Origin: an uncultured Draconibacterium sp. | GTDB taxonomy: Bacteria; Bacteroidota; Bacteroidia; Bacteroidales; Prolixibacteraceae | Length of the DNA: 64,000 nucleotides | NCBI RefSeq assembly: GCF_963675585.2 | Contig: NZ_CAXXWU010000003.1 | Coordinates: forward strand, 529,087 to 593,086 | Reading direction: 5' to 3' | In this document: one piece after another, positions 12,801 through 27,800 of the stretch | How positions within the stretch are numbered: position 1 is the stretch's first letter | Layout of the letters: each line of letters begins with the position of its first letter | The notes under the pieces: model-generated | The model's database searches: none | The model's input: only the letters and a program-made list of their open reading frames with translations | Told to the model about the DNA's origin: nothing | Made by a program: the position numbers and the translations under genes

Positions 12801-15800
12801 CCGAAGAGGTTGTTGCCAGAAACTCTACCATTGGCGACTGCGGTTACCTTATTTCAGGTGCAGAATACGATCCTTACAACTTAAAAGACAACCACGGAAT
12901 TGCACGTCTTACCTATTCGATTGATGGCGGCGCAGAAGTTGGAACAGATAAAAGTACCACCATTGGTGGATTGGTTCTACCAGTTAGTACCGATCTGAAC
13001 CCAAGCACAAATATACTGTGGCGTATTTATGATTTAAGTGAAAACGTTATTTCAACCTGTACTTCGGAGTTTACGATTACAGACATTGAAGCTCCTGTTG
13101 TTTTAACGGTTGCCGATCAAATTAAATCAACCGATGCCGGAGAAAGCTTTTATACCATTATTAGTGAAAACAATTGGGATGCCAGCGTTACCGACAACTG
13201 CGAAGTTGAAACAATTGTGTACAGTATTGATGGCGGAGAATATGTTGGGACCGATGAAACCACAACAATTGTTGGACAAACACTGAGTGTTGGAACACAT
13301 ACCATTTTATGGAAAGCCACTGACATTTACGGATTAACCGATTCAAGTAGTTTCGATGTTGTTATTAAAGATACGGAAGATCCGTCGATCGTTTGTAATC
13401 CGCTAACCATTGAGCTTGATGCTTCAGGAGCGTACACCCTCGATCAGGCCGATATTGATTCAATAAGTCTGGGTTCGTCAGATGCAAGTGGCATCGACAC
13501 AAAAACTGTAGTTCCAAACGAATTTGATTGCAACGATGTTGGTTCAAATTCTGCCCTGCTGGTTGTTACCGATATTTATGGAAACGAATCGGAATGTTTA
13601 ACCACAATAGTTGTTGAAGACAACACTGCTCCAACTATAGTTACAAAAAATACCACCGTTGAACTTGACGTTCTTGGAAATGCCAGCATATTGGTTAGCG
13701 ACATTAACAATGGTTCTTCCGATGCCTGTGGCATTCAATCGCTTGTAGCCGGTCAAACATCATTCGACTGCGACGACCTTGGCGACGTAACTGTGAGCTT
13801 AACCGTTACCGATGTAAATGGCAACAGCACCAGCGAAAATGCAACTGTAACTGTTGAAGACAACATCAATCCGGTAGCCATCTGTAAAAACATAAATGTA
13901 TATCTCGATGCTTCTGGAAATGCAACAATCACCGGCAGCGACATCGATTTTGGTTCGTCGGACAATTGTAGTCTTACCCTGACCGCAACTCCGTCAACTT
14001 TCAATTGCGGCGACATTGGCACCAACAATGTTACTTTAAGAGCAGAAGATGCTGCAGGTAATTTTGATGAATGCACAGCCAGAGTAACAGTTATTGATTC
14101 AACAGCTCCTACTCAGGTATGCCAGGACATTTCTGTAAATTTGGATGCTACGGGTAATGCAACAATTACCGCAAATCAAATTGACAATGGTTCTTTCGAT
14201 GCCTGTGGATTTTCTTTGGCAATTGATCAAACAGATTTTAGCTGCGAAAATATTGGAAACAACACCGTAACACTTTCTGTTACCGATAACAACAACAACA
14301 CTTCTACCTGCACATCAACGGTTACCATTGTCGACAACCAATTACCAAGCGCAATTTGCCAGGATTTAACCATTCAACTTGATGCTTCAGGCAACGCATC
14401 TATTACTGCCGCTCAGGTTGACAACGGTTCTTCGGATGTGTGTAGCGATGTTACCTTAAGTCTCGACAAATATGACTTTACCTGTTCCGATGTGGGTGAA
14501 AAATCGGTACTATTAACCGTTACCGACGAAAGTGAAAACGCCCAAACCTGTACTTCAACCGTTACTGTTGAAGACGTAACCAATCCGGTTGCAACGTGCC
14601 AGGACATTACTGTTCAGCTTGATGGAACAGGAAATACAAGTATAACTGCCGGGCAAATCGATAATGGCTCGAGTGACGCCTGCGGAATTAAATCATTAAG
14701 TGTTTCACCAAACACATTCACATGTAACGAAAGTGGCGAGAACACCGTTACCTTAACCGTTACCGACAACAACGACAATACAGCCACTTGTACCGCTACC
14801 GTAACAGTCGTTGACAATATTGATCCGCTTGCAGCTTGTACTCCAATAACAATTCAATTAGATGCTGCCGGAACTTATACACTTTCCGAAACCGATATCA
14901 ACACGCTTTCAGCGGGTTCTTCTGATAATTGTGCAATAACTGTACGCTCGGTAACGCCGAACAGTTTCGACTGCGACGACATTGGAAGTCCTGTTGCCGT
15001 AACTCTTACTGTTAGCGATGCTACCGGAAATTCGGATAATTGTGCAACTACAATAACTGTTGAAGACAATATCGACCCAACAGTTGTATGCCAATCGCAA
15101 ACCATTAATTTGGAGGCTTCAGGAAATATTAGCCTGGCTGCAACAAGTATCGACAACGGATCAAGCGATGCCTGTGGTATTGCCAGCTACCAGATTTCGA
15201 AAGACAACACTTCGTACGCTGAAAATTTAAGCTACGATTGCAGCGAAATTGGTTCGCATACCATTTATTTAAAAGTTACCGATAACAATGGCAACAGTGC
15301 TGTTTGTTCGTCGGCAACCGTAACGGTTCAGGACAATGCAAAACCAGTATTTACTTTCTGTCCGGTCGATCAGACTCCTGCAGTCGGAACCGACGTTGGC
15401 GAATGTACTTACCAACACCTGGACGACATCTGGAATGCAACAGCTGACGATAACTGCACAGTTTCATCGCTTACCTATGCGTTAAGTGGTGCAACTACAA
15501 AAGCCGACAATCCTGCAAATACAAGCTTAAACGGTCAGGTATTTGAAAAAGGAACAACAACGGTAACATGGACTGCAAACGACGGATATCAAACCGAAAT
15601 ATGCACTTTCGATGTAGTTATAACCGACGATGAAGATCCGGTTGCAGTTTGTAAAACAAACACAGTTTATCTTGAACGGTCAGGTACAGTTTCGGTAACT
15701 CCTGATACAATCAACAATGGTTCATCAGACAATTGCCCGGCTTCGGTACTCACCATTTCAGAAACGGAAAACGGAAGCTACCAATCAGCACTGGAATACA

Positions 15801-18800
15801 GCTGTGCCGATATTGGCGTACAAACTATCTGGCTGAAAATAACCGACGAAGAAGGAAATGTGAATACATGTTCGACTACCATTACCATTACCGACGATCA
15901 GATTCCGAATGTTGATGCAGAAGACATTGCAGATTTAAGCAAAGAAACAAACAACGCTTGCACCTACGTTCATGGCGACACCAACTGGGATCCAACTGAC
16001 AATTGCGACGCCAGTCCGATAATACATTACGCACTTTCGGGTGCAACTGTAGTTGCCGATGATCTTGCCAACACATCATTAAACGGTGTAGCATTTAATA
16101 CCGGAACCACAACTGTTACCTGGACGGTTGAAGATCACGCAGTTCCTGCAAATACAGGTACTGTTACTTTCGACGTTGTTGTAAGCGATGACGATGCACC
16201 AAGTATAACCTGCCAAAGCAACTTAACAAAAAGTATTACGGTTCAGGGACAGGCAAGTTTGGTTGTGAATGAAGCGGACGGTTTGACTGCCCCAACTCAT
16301 TCCGATAATTGTTCTGTAACTTCGCTGGCATGGGAAATTACGGGTGCAGGTGTTGTTGATGATCCAACAACCGGATCGGTATCAAATCCAACCAGCGGCG
16401 TTTCAAATCCGCTCGACGGATATGAATTTAAAGTAGGTACATCAACCATAACTTACACGGTTAGCGACGAAGCCGGTAACACCGACGATTGTTCGTTTAC
16501 CATTATTATCAACTCAAATCCAAGTGACTTTACCATCTCGGAATCGGAAATTACCACTTACGAAAATCAGACACTTTCTCCGGCTACTTTCACAGTTGTT
16601 CTCCCCTACCAGCCATCCGGAAATGTATGTATCGATGTGGCAAGTTCGAACATTGCCGAGGGAAAAGTAAACACTGCAAATAACAGAAGCGGCGCTGCCG
16701 AAACAAAACAAATTTGTTTCACACCTTCCGATTACGATCAGCCACAAACCATTTATGTGTTTGGCGTGAACGATGATGTTGACGATGACGATCAATTGTA
16801 CAACGTAAGCTTTACTATTGATACCGACAATACCGATATTGGTTCGGGTTATTACAACGGAGCACCGGCCAATGTAACTGCTACAAATACCGACGACGAT
16901 GTAGCCGGAATTACCGTTTCGGCTTGTAGTAACACAAGCGAAGCAGGAGGATCAGGCACATTTACAGTAGTGTTAAACACTGAACCAACCGAGGACGTAA
17001 GCTTCGCTTTGGAAATTGATGCTGCCGACCTGACCGAAGGCCAGATTACAAGTGCGGGTACAATTACATTTAATGCTTCAAACTGGGATCAGCCACAAAC
17101 CGTTACTTTGCAAGGTTTGGATGACGACATTGACGACGGAAACCAGGCTTACGACATAAACATATTAAATGCCAGTTCTTCAGACTCAAAATACGATGGT
17201 TTATTTGGCACAACAGTCTCGGCTACCAACATTGATAACGATGCTGCCGGGTACACCGTTTCTGCCATTTCCAATCAAATTGATGAAGACGGAACCACTG
17301 CTACATTTACGGTAAAATTAAATAGCAAACCGGCCACCGACACCGAAAATTACGTGGTTTATGTTGACATAGCAAGCAACGACGAAGGTGAAGGTACGGT
17401 TTCAACATCGCAAATAAATTTCGACCACACCAACTGGAATACAAATCAAACCATAACAGTAACCGGTATTAATGATGATGTTGTTGATGGATACATCGAT
17501 TTCTCAATCTTATTAACAACAAATACAACATCTACTACCGATAACGCGTACGATGCACTCGATCCGAATGATGTTTCGGCTAGAAACAACGACAACGATG
17601 CAGCAACAATCACCATCAATAATCCTTCCATATCGGAAGGAAATTCGGGTACTACAACATTAACATTTACAGTTACTCAATCCGACATTCAGGTAATTGA
17701 TGGTTATTCGGTGGGTTACTTTACCAATCCGGTAAGTGCGATTGCGGGTTCAGACTTTGTTGGAGCAGGTAGTTACATTTACTTCGATGGAGATGCTAAC
17801 GAAACACAAACCATTGACATTACAATTAATGGCGACGAAACGCTGGAGAAAAACGAAGTGTTTACCATCTTCCTTTTCGAACCAACTACTACTTTAAATA
17901 AAGATGTGAGTACCACTTCGAACACCGGTACCGGAACCATTTTAAATGACGACGCTGCAACATTTACCATCAGCGATCCGGCTTTATTCACCGAATTGAA
18001 TTCGGGTACAAGCGAAATGGTATTTACCGTTACATTAAGCGACAGTGTTGAAGTGGGCGCAGGTAATTTTATTACTGTTGATTATGCAACTTCAGATGGT
18101 ACGGCTACTGATGCCGACAACGATTACGAAGCCGAAACCGGAACGATCTCGTTTGTGGGACAGCCCGGCGAAGAACAAACTTTCAGCATTACCATTAACG
18201 GCGATCAGAAAGTAGAATTGGATGAAACGTTTACTGCAACAATTAGCAACATTCAGTGCAGCAGTCTTCCTCCGGCTATTTTAAGCCAAATTACTTTTGC
18301 CGACGACGAAGCCACCGGAACAATTGATAACGACGACTCAGCAGAACTTTCAATTTCGGGTGTAACAGTAAACGAATCAGCCGGGACAGCCGATTTCACC
18401 ATCCAAATGTCAACCGATGTTCAGGATGCATTTACCATTGATTTTACCACTTCGAACAACACTGCCGAAAGTGGAACCGACTATACAACCGTAACAAAAA
18501 CGGGTGGTACTGCAATTAGCTTTGGCAACGGAACCACAACACAAACCGTAACTATTCCAATTTTAGACGGCAGCATTACCGAACAAACCGAATCGTTCTA
18601 CGGAACAATCAGTAATATAATTGACGGAAGCAACCAGGACATAAGCTTTAACACTACGCAAGCTTCGATTATCATTACCGATAACGACGCAGCAACCATT
18701 GCTTTTGACAGCGACATTACTGTGAACGAAGCCGATGGAACCGCAACATTTACGGTTAATTTAAGCGGAAGCATTCAGGATGAAATTTCATTTACATACA

Positions 18801-21800
18801 AAACAAGCGATGCGGGCGGAGCAAACTCAACCACGGTTGTTCAGGATTACGTTGCACTAAATTCAACCATGACATTTGTTGCCGGATCATCCAACACCTC
18901 GCATTCGTTTGATGTAACCATAAACAACGGAGTAATTGCCGAACCAACTGAAACGTATTTTATCGATTTATCGGCTTTGGTAAAAGTTGGCGATGCCAAT
19001 ATTACCTTCTTCGACGGTCACGCTGTTGGAACAATCACCGACAACGACGAAGTAAAAATAACGCTTCATGCCTTTGCCGATGTTACCGAAACGGATGCAG
19101 CTCAAACTGCAAACTTCTATGTAAGTCAGGACATTGCTTCTCAATATCCGATTACACTGCTCTTCTCTTCGCAGGCACAAACCATTGTTTCGGCGGTATC
19201 AACAGGCGACTTTAGCGCTCAAACCGATGTAACAGTAACGCTTCCTGCCGGATCAACTTCAAATGTGAATGTGGCGGCAACAACCATTGCAGGCGACAAC
19301 ATTTCGGAACAAAGCGAAACATTTGAAGGAATACTTGTTTTCGCTGATAAAAAGGCCCAGCTGGCTTCATTTACATCAGGTGGAGACACTGCCGTTGCAA
19401 CCATTCTCGACGACGACATCATTCAGTTGACACTCGAAGACAAAACAGTTACAGAAACCGACGGAACACAATCGATCAACTACATTCTTTCTTCCGACAT
19501 TGCAGCCGAAGAAGACTTTGTACTGAGCTTTGGAACTTCAGACAATACCGCGGTTGACGGCAACGATTTTACCGACCAGGACAATACAACAATTACATTC
19601 CTGCACGGAACAACTTCGTTAAATATTCCGGTGGATGTACTGGGCGACGATGTAACCGAACCTACCGAAACATTTACAGGAACTGTTACCATGACCAATG
19701 CAAATGGTCAGCAATATAATTTTGTACAATCAACGGCTACTTACACCATCGAAGACGATGATCCGGCTGTAATCTCGTTAAGCGAATTTACGTACAACGA
19801 ATCGCAGGTTGGAACCGATCTGGCACAATTTACAATTACACTGAGCAAAAATGTTCAGAATGAATTTACAGTTGATTTTACCACTTCAGACATTGCCGGT
19901 GAAGCCCTTGACGGAGCCGATTACACCGCTGTAGCGTTAACAGATGCAACAGCACTAAAATTTGGCGCTTCGAACGATTTGGTACAATACGTTACCGTAG
20001 CAATTAACAACGACAGCTGGGTTGAGCCTACCGAAACGTTGCTGGGAACATTAAGTAACCTTCAATCGCTTTTGCAAGCTGTAACTTTTAGCAACAGCGA
20101 AAGTACTTTGGCTGTTACAAGCACAATTAACGACAACGATGCAGCCACAGTGGCAATCGACAGTGTTGCCCTTGACGAAGACGAAGGACCTGCCGTATTT
20201 ACGGTTACACTTACCGGAGACATTCAGGATGAACTAACAGTTGATTTTGCAACAACAGATGGAACTGCCGTTCAAGTGAACGACTACATTTACCAGAATG
20301 GTACTGTAACTTTCCCTGCAACTTCGCTTTCAGGAACCACACAAACTATTTCGGTTGTTCTTGTTAACGATGCCATTTCGGAACCACTAACCGAAACTTT
20401 CAGGGTTGAACTGGACAACATCGTTTCAACCGGTTCGGCCAGCATGAACGACGATACAGGTTTGTGTACCATTACCGATGAAGATCCGGTGACCCAGATT
20501 AACCTGACCGGCTTTACAGAGTCGGAACTGGATGCTGATCAGAATTACAATTTCCTTGCAAAAATGGATAAAGTGGCGCAAGAGCCAATTACCATTAGTT
20601 TTACAACAACCCAGGGAACGGCAGAACACGGTACTGACTTTACTGCACAGTCTTCTGTAATTTATACCATTCTTCCAGGAACCGACAGTGTTAATATTCC
20701 AGTTACTGTTATTGCCGACAACACCTGCGAACCTCAGGAAAGTTTTACAGGAACAATTACACTGGTTGAAGCAAACGGACAGATTGTTAGCATCGGTACC
20801 GATGTTGCAACCGGAACCATTAATGATGATGATCCTGCAATTATTTCAATCAGCGGATTTGATGTAAATGAAAATGCCGGAACAGCTGATTTTACAGTTG
20901 AAATTAGTACCGATGTTCAGGAAGATGTTACCGTAATTTTTGAAACTGCAGATAACAGTGCAGTAAACGGAGCAGGTTTGGATTATACCGAAGTATTGCC
21001 AACCACGCTTACCTTTGGTCCATCTAACGACTTGTCACAAACTGTTTCAGTAACAATAAACGACGATACATATCTTGAACCAACCGAACAACTCACCGGC
21101 CACATCAGAAACTTAAGTGCAGCCAGCCAGTCGGTAACATTAGACGGAGGCGGCGCAACTGCCGAAGCCAACGGAATTATTCAGGACAACGACGCGGCAG
21201 AACTTACTGTTTCTGACCAAACAATTACCGAAGGTGGCACAGCCCAGTTTACGGTCGAGTTAAGCGCCAACGTTCAGGGTAGTTTTACTATTGATTATAC
21301 AACAAATGATGTTTCGGCTCTATCGGCTTCCGACTACACTGCCCAAACAAATACACTGACCTTTAACGGCAATGCCGGCGAATCGTACACCATCAATGTG
21401 CCAACTACCGACAACAGCATTTCAGAACCGGAAGAAACGTTCGAACTGAATTTCTCTGACATTTCGAATGCCTTGGTAACATACGATGCACAAGCCATTG
21501 GTACCATTGAAGATAACGACGCAGCAGTGGTTAGCTTAAGCGGATTCTCTGTTACCGAAACAGATGTAAACCAGCTTAAAAACTTTACGGTTAACATGAC
21601 CAAAGAAGCACAGGAAGATGTGGTTCTTAGTTTTACAATCACTCCGAATTCGGCAGTGGCAACTGGTGATTACATAATTTTTGCAACTTCGGTAACTATT
21701 CCACACGGATCGACTTCGGTAACGGTGCCGATTACAATTGTTGGCGATTTAGTTGCCGAACCAACCGAAGATTTTGCCGCAACCCTGGCAATAACCAACA

Positions 21801-24800
21801 ACGGTGCTCAGGATATTTCGGAAGGAACAGTTGAGCAAACCATTACCATTACCGATAACGATGCGGCCACCCTGGCAATTAACAGCCCGGCTGCTCAAAT
21901 TGAAGGCAATGAAATTGATTTTACCGTTACCTTAACAGGTACTGTTCAAAACGATTTCACCATTCAATACGAAACTGAAAACAATACGGCTGATGCACCT
22001 GGCGATTACACCGCCAAATCAGTTGTAACGCTGACTTTCGGTGGTGAAAACGAAAATGTTCAAACAGCCACAATTCAAACCAGCCTTGATACTGAAATTG
22101 AACCGGCCGAAACATTCTTTGTAAATCTTCTGAACTTAACTACCAACGGTCAGAATGTATCAACTACCAATATTCAGGGTACAGGTACAATTACCGACGA
22201 CGACCAGGCAAGTATTGCAATCAACAATGTAACTGTTGATGAAGCTACAAGTACAATTAATTTCACAGTTACTTTAACAGGTGATGTTAAAAATGAAATT
22301 TACATTGACTATGCAACAGCAAACGGAGCTGCAATAGCAGGTTCCGACTACACAACAAAAAGTGGTCGCCTGTATTTTGGAGCTGCAAATGCAAATTCGC
22401 AAAACATAAGCGTAAGTATTCTGAACAACACCGTGGTTGAACCGGACGAAATTTTTGTGATCAACTTAAGTGGTCTTACCACAAACGGACAAGATGTAAT
22501 TGTTGCCGATGCACAGGGAGAATGTACGATTACTGATGACGATTCAGCCGAATTAACCATCAGCGACCGCACTGTAAACGAAGATGCAGGCACTGCAGTG
22601 CTTACTGTAACGCTTACCAATAATGTACAAAACGCGTTTACGGTTCAGTACAGTACGGCAGACAACACTGCCGAACAACCCGATGATTATACTGCAAAAA
22701 CAGCGCAAACATTATCATTCGGTGCAGCAAATGCCAATTCGCAAACCATTTCAATAACAATCGAAGATGATGATCTGGTTGAAGAAACTGAAAACTTATA
22801 TACCAGTTTGTCTGGGTTATCAACTAACGGACAAGCAGTAACGATAAGCGACACAACCGGTGTAATTACAATTACCGACAACGACAATGCATTGGTACGA
22901 ATTGCTGCCAACGACGGCGATGTGGACGAAACCGGAACAAACAACGGTCAGTACCGCGTAAGTTTAAGCCAGTTAAGTTCTACCGCAACAACAATTAGTT
23001 ATTCGGTTAGTGGAACAGCCGGCAGTGACTCAGATTTTACTGCGCTTAGCGGAACAATTACCATTCCGGCCAACACGGCAAGTGCAACAATTGATCTGAC
23101 CATACTTACCGATGCCATTGTTGAAGAGAACGAAACCGTAATTGTTACACTGACCGCAATTACAGCGGGCGATGCAGATATTTCGATAGACAATTCGAAT
23201 AATTCAGCAACGATTATGATTCCTGACAACGATGCGGCTGAAGTAACAATTAATAGTCCGCTTGCCGTTGCTGAAGGAAGTGACATTGAATTTACCGTAA
23301 CCTTAAACAATGCGGTTGAAGGTGGATTTACAGTTAGCTATTCTACCAACGATGGAACAGCAACCCTTGCAGATTCAGACTACACCGACAATGATAATGA
23401 GTTAACTTTTACAGGAACAATCGGTGAGACAAAAACAATTACCGTTGCAACAAACGACGATGCAATTATTGAAGCAAGCGAAACAATTACAGTTGATTTA
23501 GAAGTTATCTCTGAAACAACAGCCGATGTTATTGTTTCCGTGGCTGCAGGTTCGGGAACAGGTACGATTACCGACAACGACGAAGCGCTTCTTTCAATTG
23601 CCAATGCAAGCGATGTTGAAGAAGGTGAAGATCTGATTTTCGTTGTAACTGTTGACAAGGCAGTTCAGGGTGGTTTTAAAGTAAGTTATACTACAAACGA
23701 TGGAACAGCCAAACTTGCCGATTCGGATTACATTGATAACGACGGCGAATTAACATTTACTGGCACAGCCGGCGAAACTGATACAATTGTGCTTACTACC
23801 AGCGAAGATGTAATTGTGGAAGGTAGCGAAGGAATTTCAGTTAGCCTGGGATCAATTCGTGAAAACGGCGGAACGGTTTCTCTTTCGGCCAGCAGTACCG
23901 GAACAGGGTTAATAACCGACAACGATGCAGCTATTGTTTCAATTAACAATCCGGCAGCCATTACCGAAGGAACAGCTATTCAGTTTGACGTAACAGTTGA
24001 CAAAGCCGTTCAGGGAGGATTTACAATTGCCTATGCAAGTAATGATGGTACTGCCGTTTCAGTTGTTCCTGTTGATTTTGGAGCAGTAAACAGCTCGCTT
24101 TCATTCACCGGATCAGCAAACGAAACCCACCCTATCACCATCACAACCACTGATGATGCCTTGTTGGAATACACTGAAAACTTCACGATTGTTCTGGGAG
24201 CCATTAGTGTAACTTCTGCCGATGTAAGTGTTTCTTCAGGCAATGGAACCGGAACCGGAACAATTAATGATAACGACAATGCTTCACTTGCCATTGCCGA
24301 TGTAAGTATTACTGAAGGCGGCGATGCTGAATTCATTTTAATAGTAACGGGTGCCGTCCAGGATGGATTTACAATCGATTATCAAACGGCTGACGGAACA
24401 GCAAAAGATACCGACGGCGATTACAACAACGACAACGGTACTTTAACTTTTGTGGGTACCAACGGTGAAAAAGATACGATTACAATTTCTACTCTGGATG
24501 ACAGCTATCTGGAACTAAGCGAAACTTTCGTTCTGAACCTGAGCAACATCAGCAATACAAATATCACGTATGACAATCAGGCAAGCGCTGAAATTGCTGA
24601 TAACGATGCAGCAGAACTTACGGTTTCTGATCAAACGGTAACCGAAGGCGGCACAGCTACATTTACAGTTGTATTAAGTGCAAATGTTCAGGGAAGCTTT
24701 ACCATTAATTATGCAACTGCTGATTCTTCTGCTTTGAATGTTTCGGATTATACTGCAAATTCAGGTACATTAACATTCAACGGAAACGCAAACGAATCGT

Positions 24801-27800
24801 ATTCGATTAATGTTCCAACTACCAACAACAACATTACTGAACCGGATGAAGCATTTAAACTGCTCTTCTCATCCATTTCAAATGTTTTGGTTGGTTTCAA
24901 TTCAAAAGCCGTTGGCACAATTGAAGACAACGATGCAGCTACAGTAAGTTTAACAGGTTTCACAGTTACTGAAACCGAAGCCAACCAGGTGAAAAACTTT
25001 ACGGTTAGCATGACTAAAGTGGCGCAGGAAGATGTGGAAATTGGTTTATTAATTACGCCGAACACCGCAGTAATTACAAGCGACTATTTGGTAACAAATA
25101 CCAGCGCAACCATTTTGGCCGGTCAAAATTCAGTAACAATACCAATTACCATAGTTGGCGATGAAATTGTTGAAGGTGCTGAAGATTTTACAGCAACAAT
25201 ATCAGTTACCGAAGACAATAGTCAGGATGTAACAACCAATGTTGCAGAGCAAACAATAACAATTACCGACAACGATGCGGCTCTGCTTTCGATTAACTCT
25301 CCTGCTTCGGTTGAAGAAGGAAGCACAATTACATTCACAGTTACGCTTGATAAAGCAGTTCAGAGTGGTGTTTCTGTTACTTACTCGTTAAGCGACGGCA
25401 CTGCGGTTCAACCGGGTGATTACACCGATGCTTCGGGTACGCTTACCTTCGACGGTACTGCCGGTGAAACCGAAACGTTTACCGTAACTACCATCAACGA
25501 TGACATACTTGAACTGACCGAAACATTAACTGCTACACTGGGAACAATTTCCGGTAATGCAGGTAGTGTAAGTCTGGGTACTGCATCGGGTACAGGTACT
25601 ATTACCGATAACGACGAAGCAAGTATTTCAATTGCCGATGTTACTGTTGACGAAGACGATGGAACAGCTACATTAACCGTTACTTTGACAGGTGATGTGG
25701 AAGAAACCTTCAGTGTAAATTATGCAACGTCAAACGTTTCGGCCATTGCTGGTACTGATTATTCAGCTGCAAGCGGAACGCTTACTTTCCCTGAAAATTC
25801 AAACGACGGGGCGACGCAAACATTTACTGTTGCAATTACAAACGACGAGGTGATTGAGCAAAGCGAAGAATTAATGCTTACGCTAAGCAACATCACCGGT
25901 GGTCTGGTGACTATTGCCGATACTTTTGCTACTGTTACAATTACTGATAATGATACCGCGACAATTTCGATTGCAGGTACTACAGTGAATGAAGCAGCGG
26001 GTACGGCTACTTTCACCCTTACTTTAACCGGTACGGTGGAAGAAAACTTCACCGTTCAGTACCAGACTGCAGATAACTCGGCGGTTGCTCCGAACGATTA
26101 TACAACTGTTGCTCCTACCTCGTTAACCTTTGGTGGTGCAAACAATAACAGCCAGGATGTTACCGTAACAATTATCAACGATGAGGTGATTGAAGGTACC
26201 GAAAGCTATTATGTAAGTCTGCTCAACCTTTCTGCAAATGGTCAGAATGTATTGATTGAAGATACTACAGCTCTTGGTTCGATTACCGACAACGATGCGG
26301 CTCTGCTTTCGATTAATTCTCCTGCTTCGGTTGAAGAAGGTAATTCGATTACTTTCACCGTAACTCTTGATAAAGCGGTTCAGAGTGGTGTTTCTGTTAC
26401 TTACTCCTTAAGCGACGGCACTGCGGTTCAACCGGGTGATTACACCGATGCTTCGGGTACGCTTACCTTCGACGGTACTGCAGGTGAAACCGAAACATTT
26501 ACCATAACTACCATAAACGATGACATACTTGAACTTACCGAAACATTAACTGCTACACTGGGAACAATTTCCGGTAATGCAGGTAGTGTAAGCCTTGGAA
26601 CTGCATCGGGTACAGGTACGATTACCGATAACGACGATGCAAGTATTTCAATTGCCGATGTTACTGTGGATGAAGACGACGGAACAGCTACATTAACCGT
26701 TACTTTGGCGGGTGATGTGGAAGAAACCTTCAGCGTAAATTATGCAACGTCAAACGTTTCTGCCATTGCAGGTACCGATTATTCAGCTACCAGCGGAACA
26801 CTTACTTTCCCTGTAAACTCGAACGACGGGGCGACGCAAACATTTACTGTTGCCATTACAAACGACGAGGTGATCGAGCAAAGCGAAGAATTAATGCTTA
26901 CGCTAAGCAACATCACAGGTGGTCTGGTGACTATTGCCGATACTTTTGCTACTGTTACAATTACTGATAACGATACCGCGACAATCTCGATTGCAGGTAC
27001 TACAGTAAATGAAGCAGCGGGTACGGCTACTTTCACGCTTACTTTAATCGGTACAGTGGAAGAAGAATTTACAGTTCAGTACCAGACTGCAGATAACTCG
27101 GCTGTTGCTCCGAACGATTACACAACTGTTGCGCCAACTTCGTTAAGCTTTGGTGGTGCAAACAACAACAGCCAGGATGTTACCGTAACAATTATCAACG
27201 ACGAGGTGATTGAAGGTACCGAAAGCTATTACATAAGTCTGCTCAACCTTTCTGCAAATGGTCAGAATGTATTGATTGAAGATACCACAGCTCTTGGTTC
27301 AATTACCGACAACGACGCGGCTCTGCTTTCGATTAATTCTCCTGCTTCGGTTGAAGAAGGTAACTCCATTACTTTCACCGTTACGCTTGATAAAGCAGTT
27401 CAGAGTGGTGTTTCTGTGACTTACTCATTAAGCGACGGCACTGCGGTTCAACCGGGTGATTACACCGATGCTTCGGGTACGCTTACCTTCGACGGTACTG
27501 CAGGTGAAACAGAAACATTTACCGTAACTACCATAAACGATGACATACTTGAACTTACCGAAACATTGACTGCTACACTGGGTACAATTTCCGGTAATGC
27601 AGGTAGTGTAAGTCTGGGTACTGCATCGGGTACAGGTACGATTACCGATAACGACGAAGCAAGTATTTCAATTGCCGATGTTACTGTGGATGAAGACGAT
27701 GGTACAGCTACATTAACCGTTACTTTGACAGGTGATGTGGAAGAAACCTTCAGTGTAAATTATGCAACGTCAAACGTTTCGGCCATTGCAGGTGCTGATT

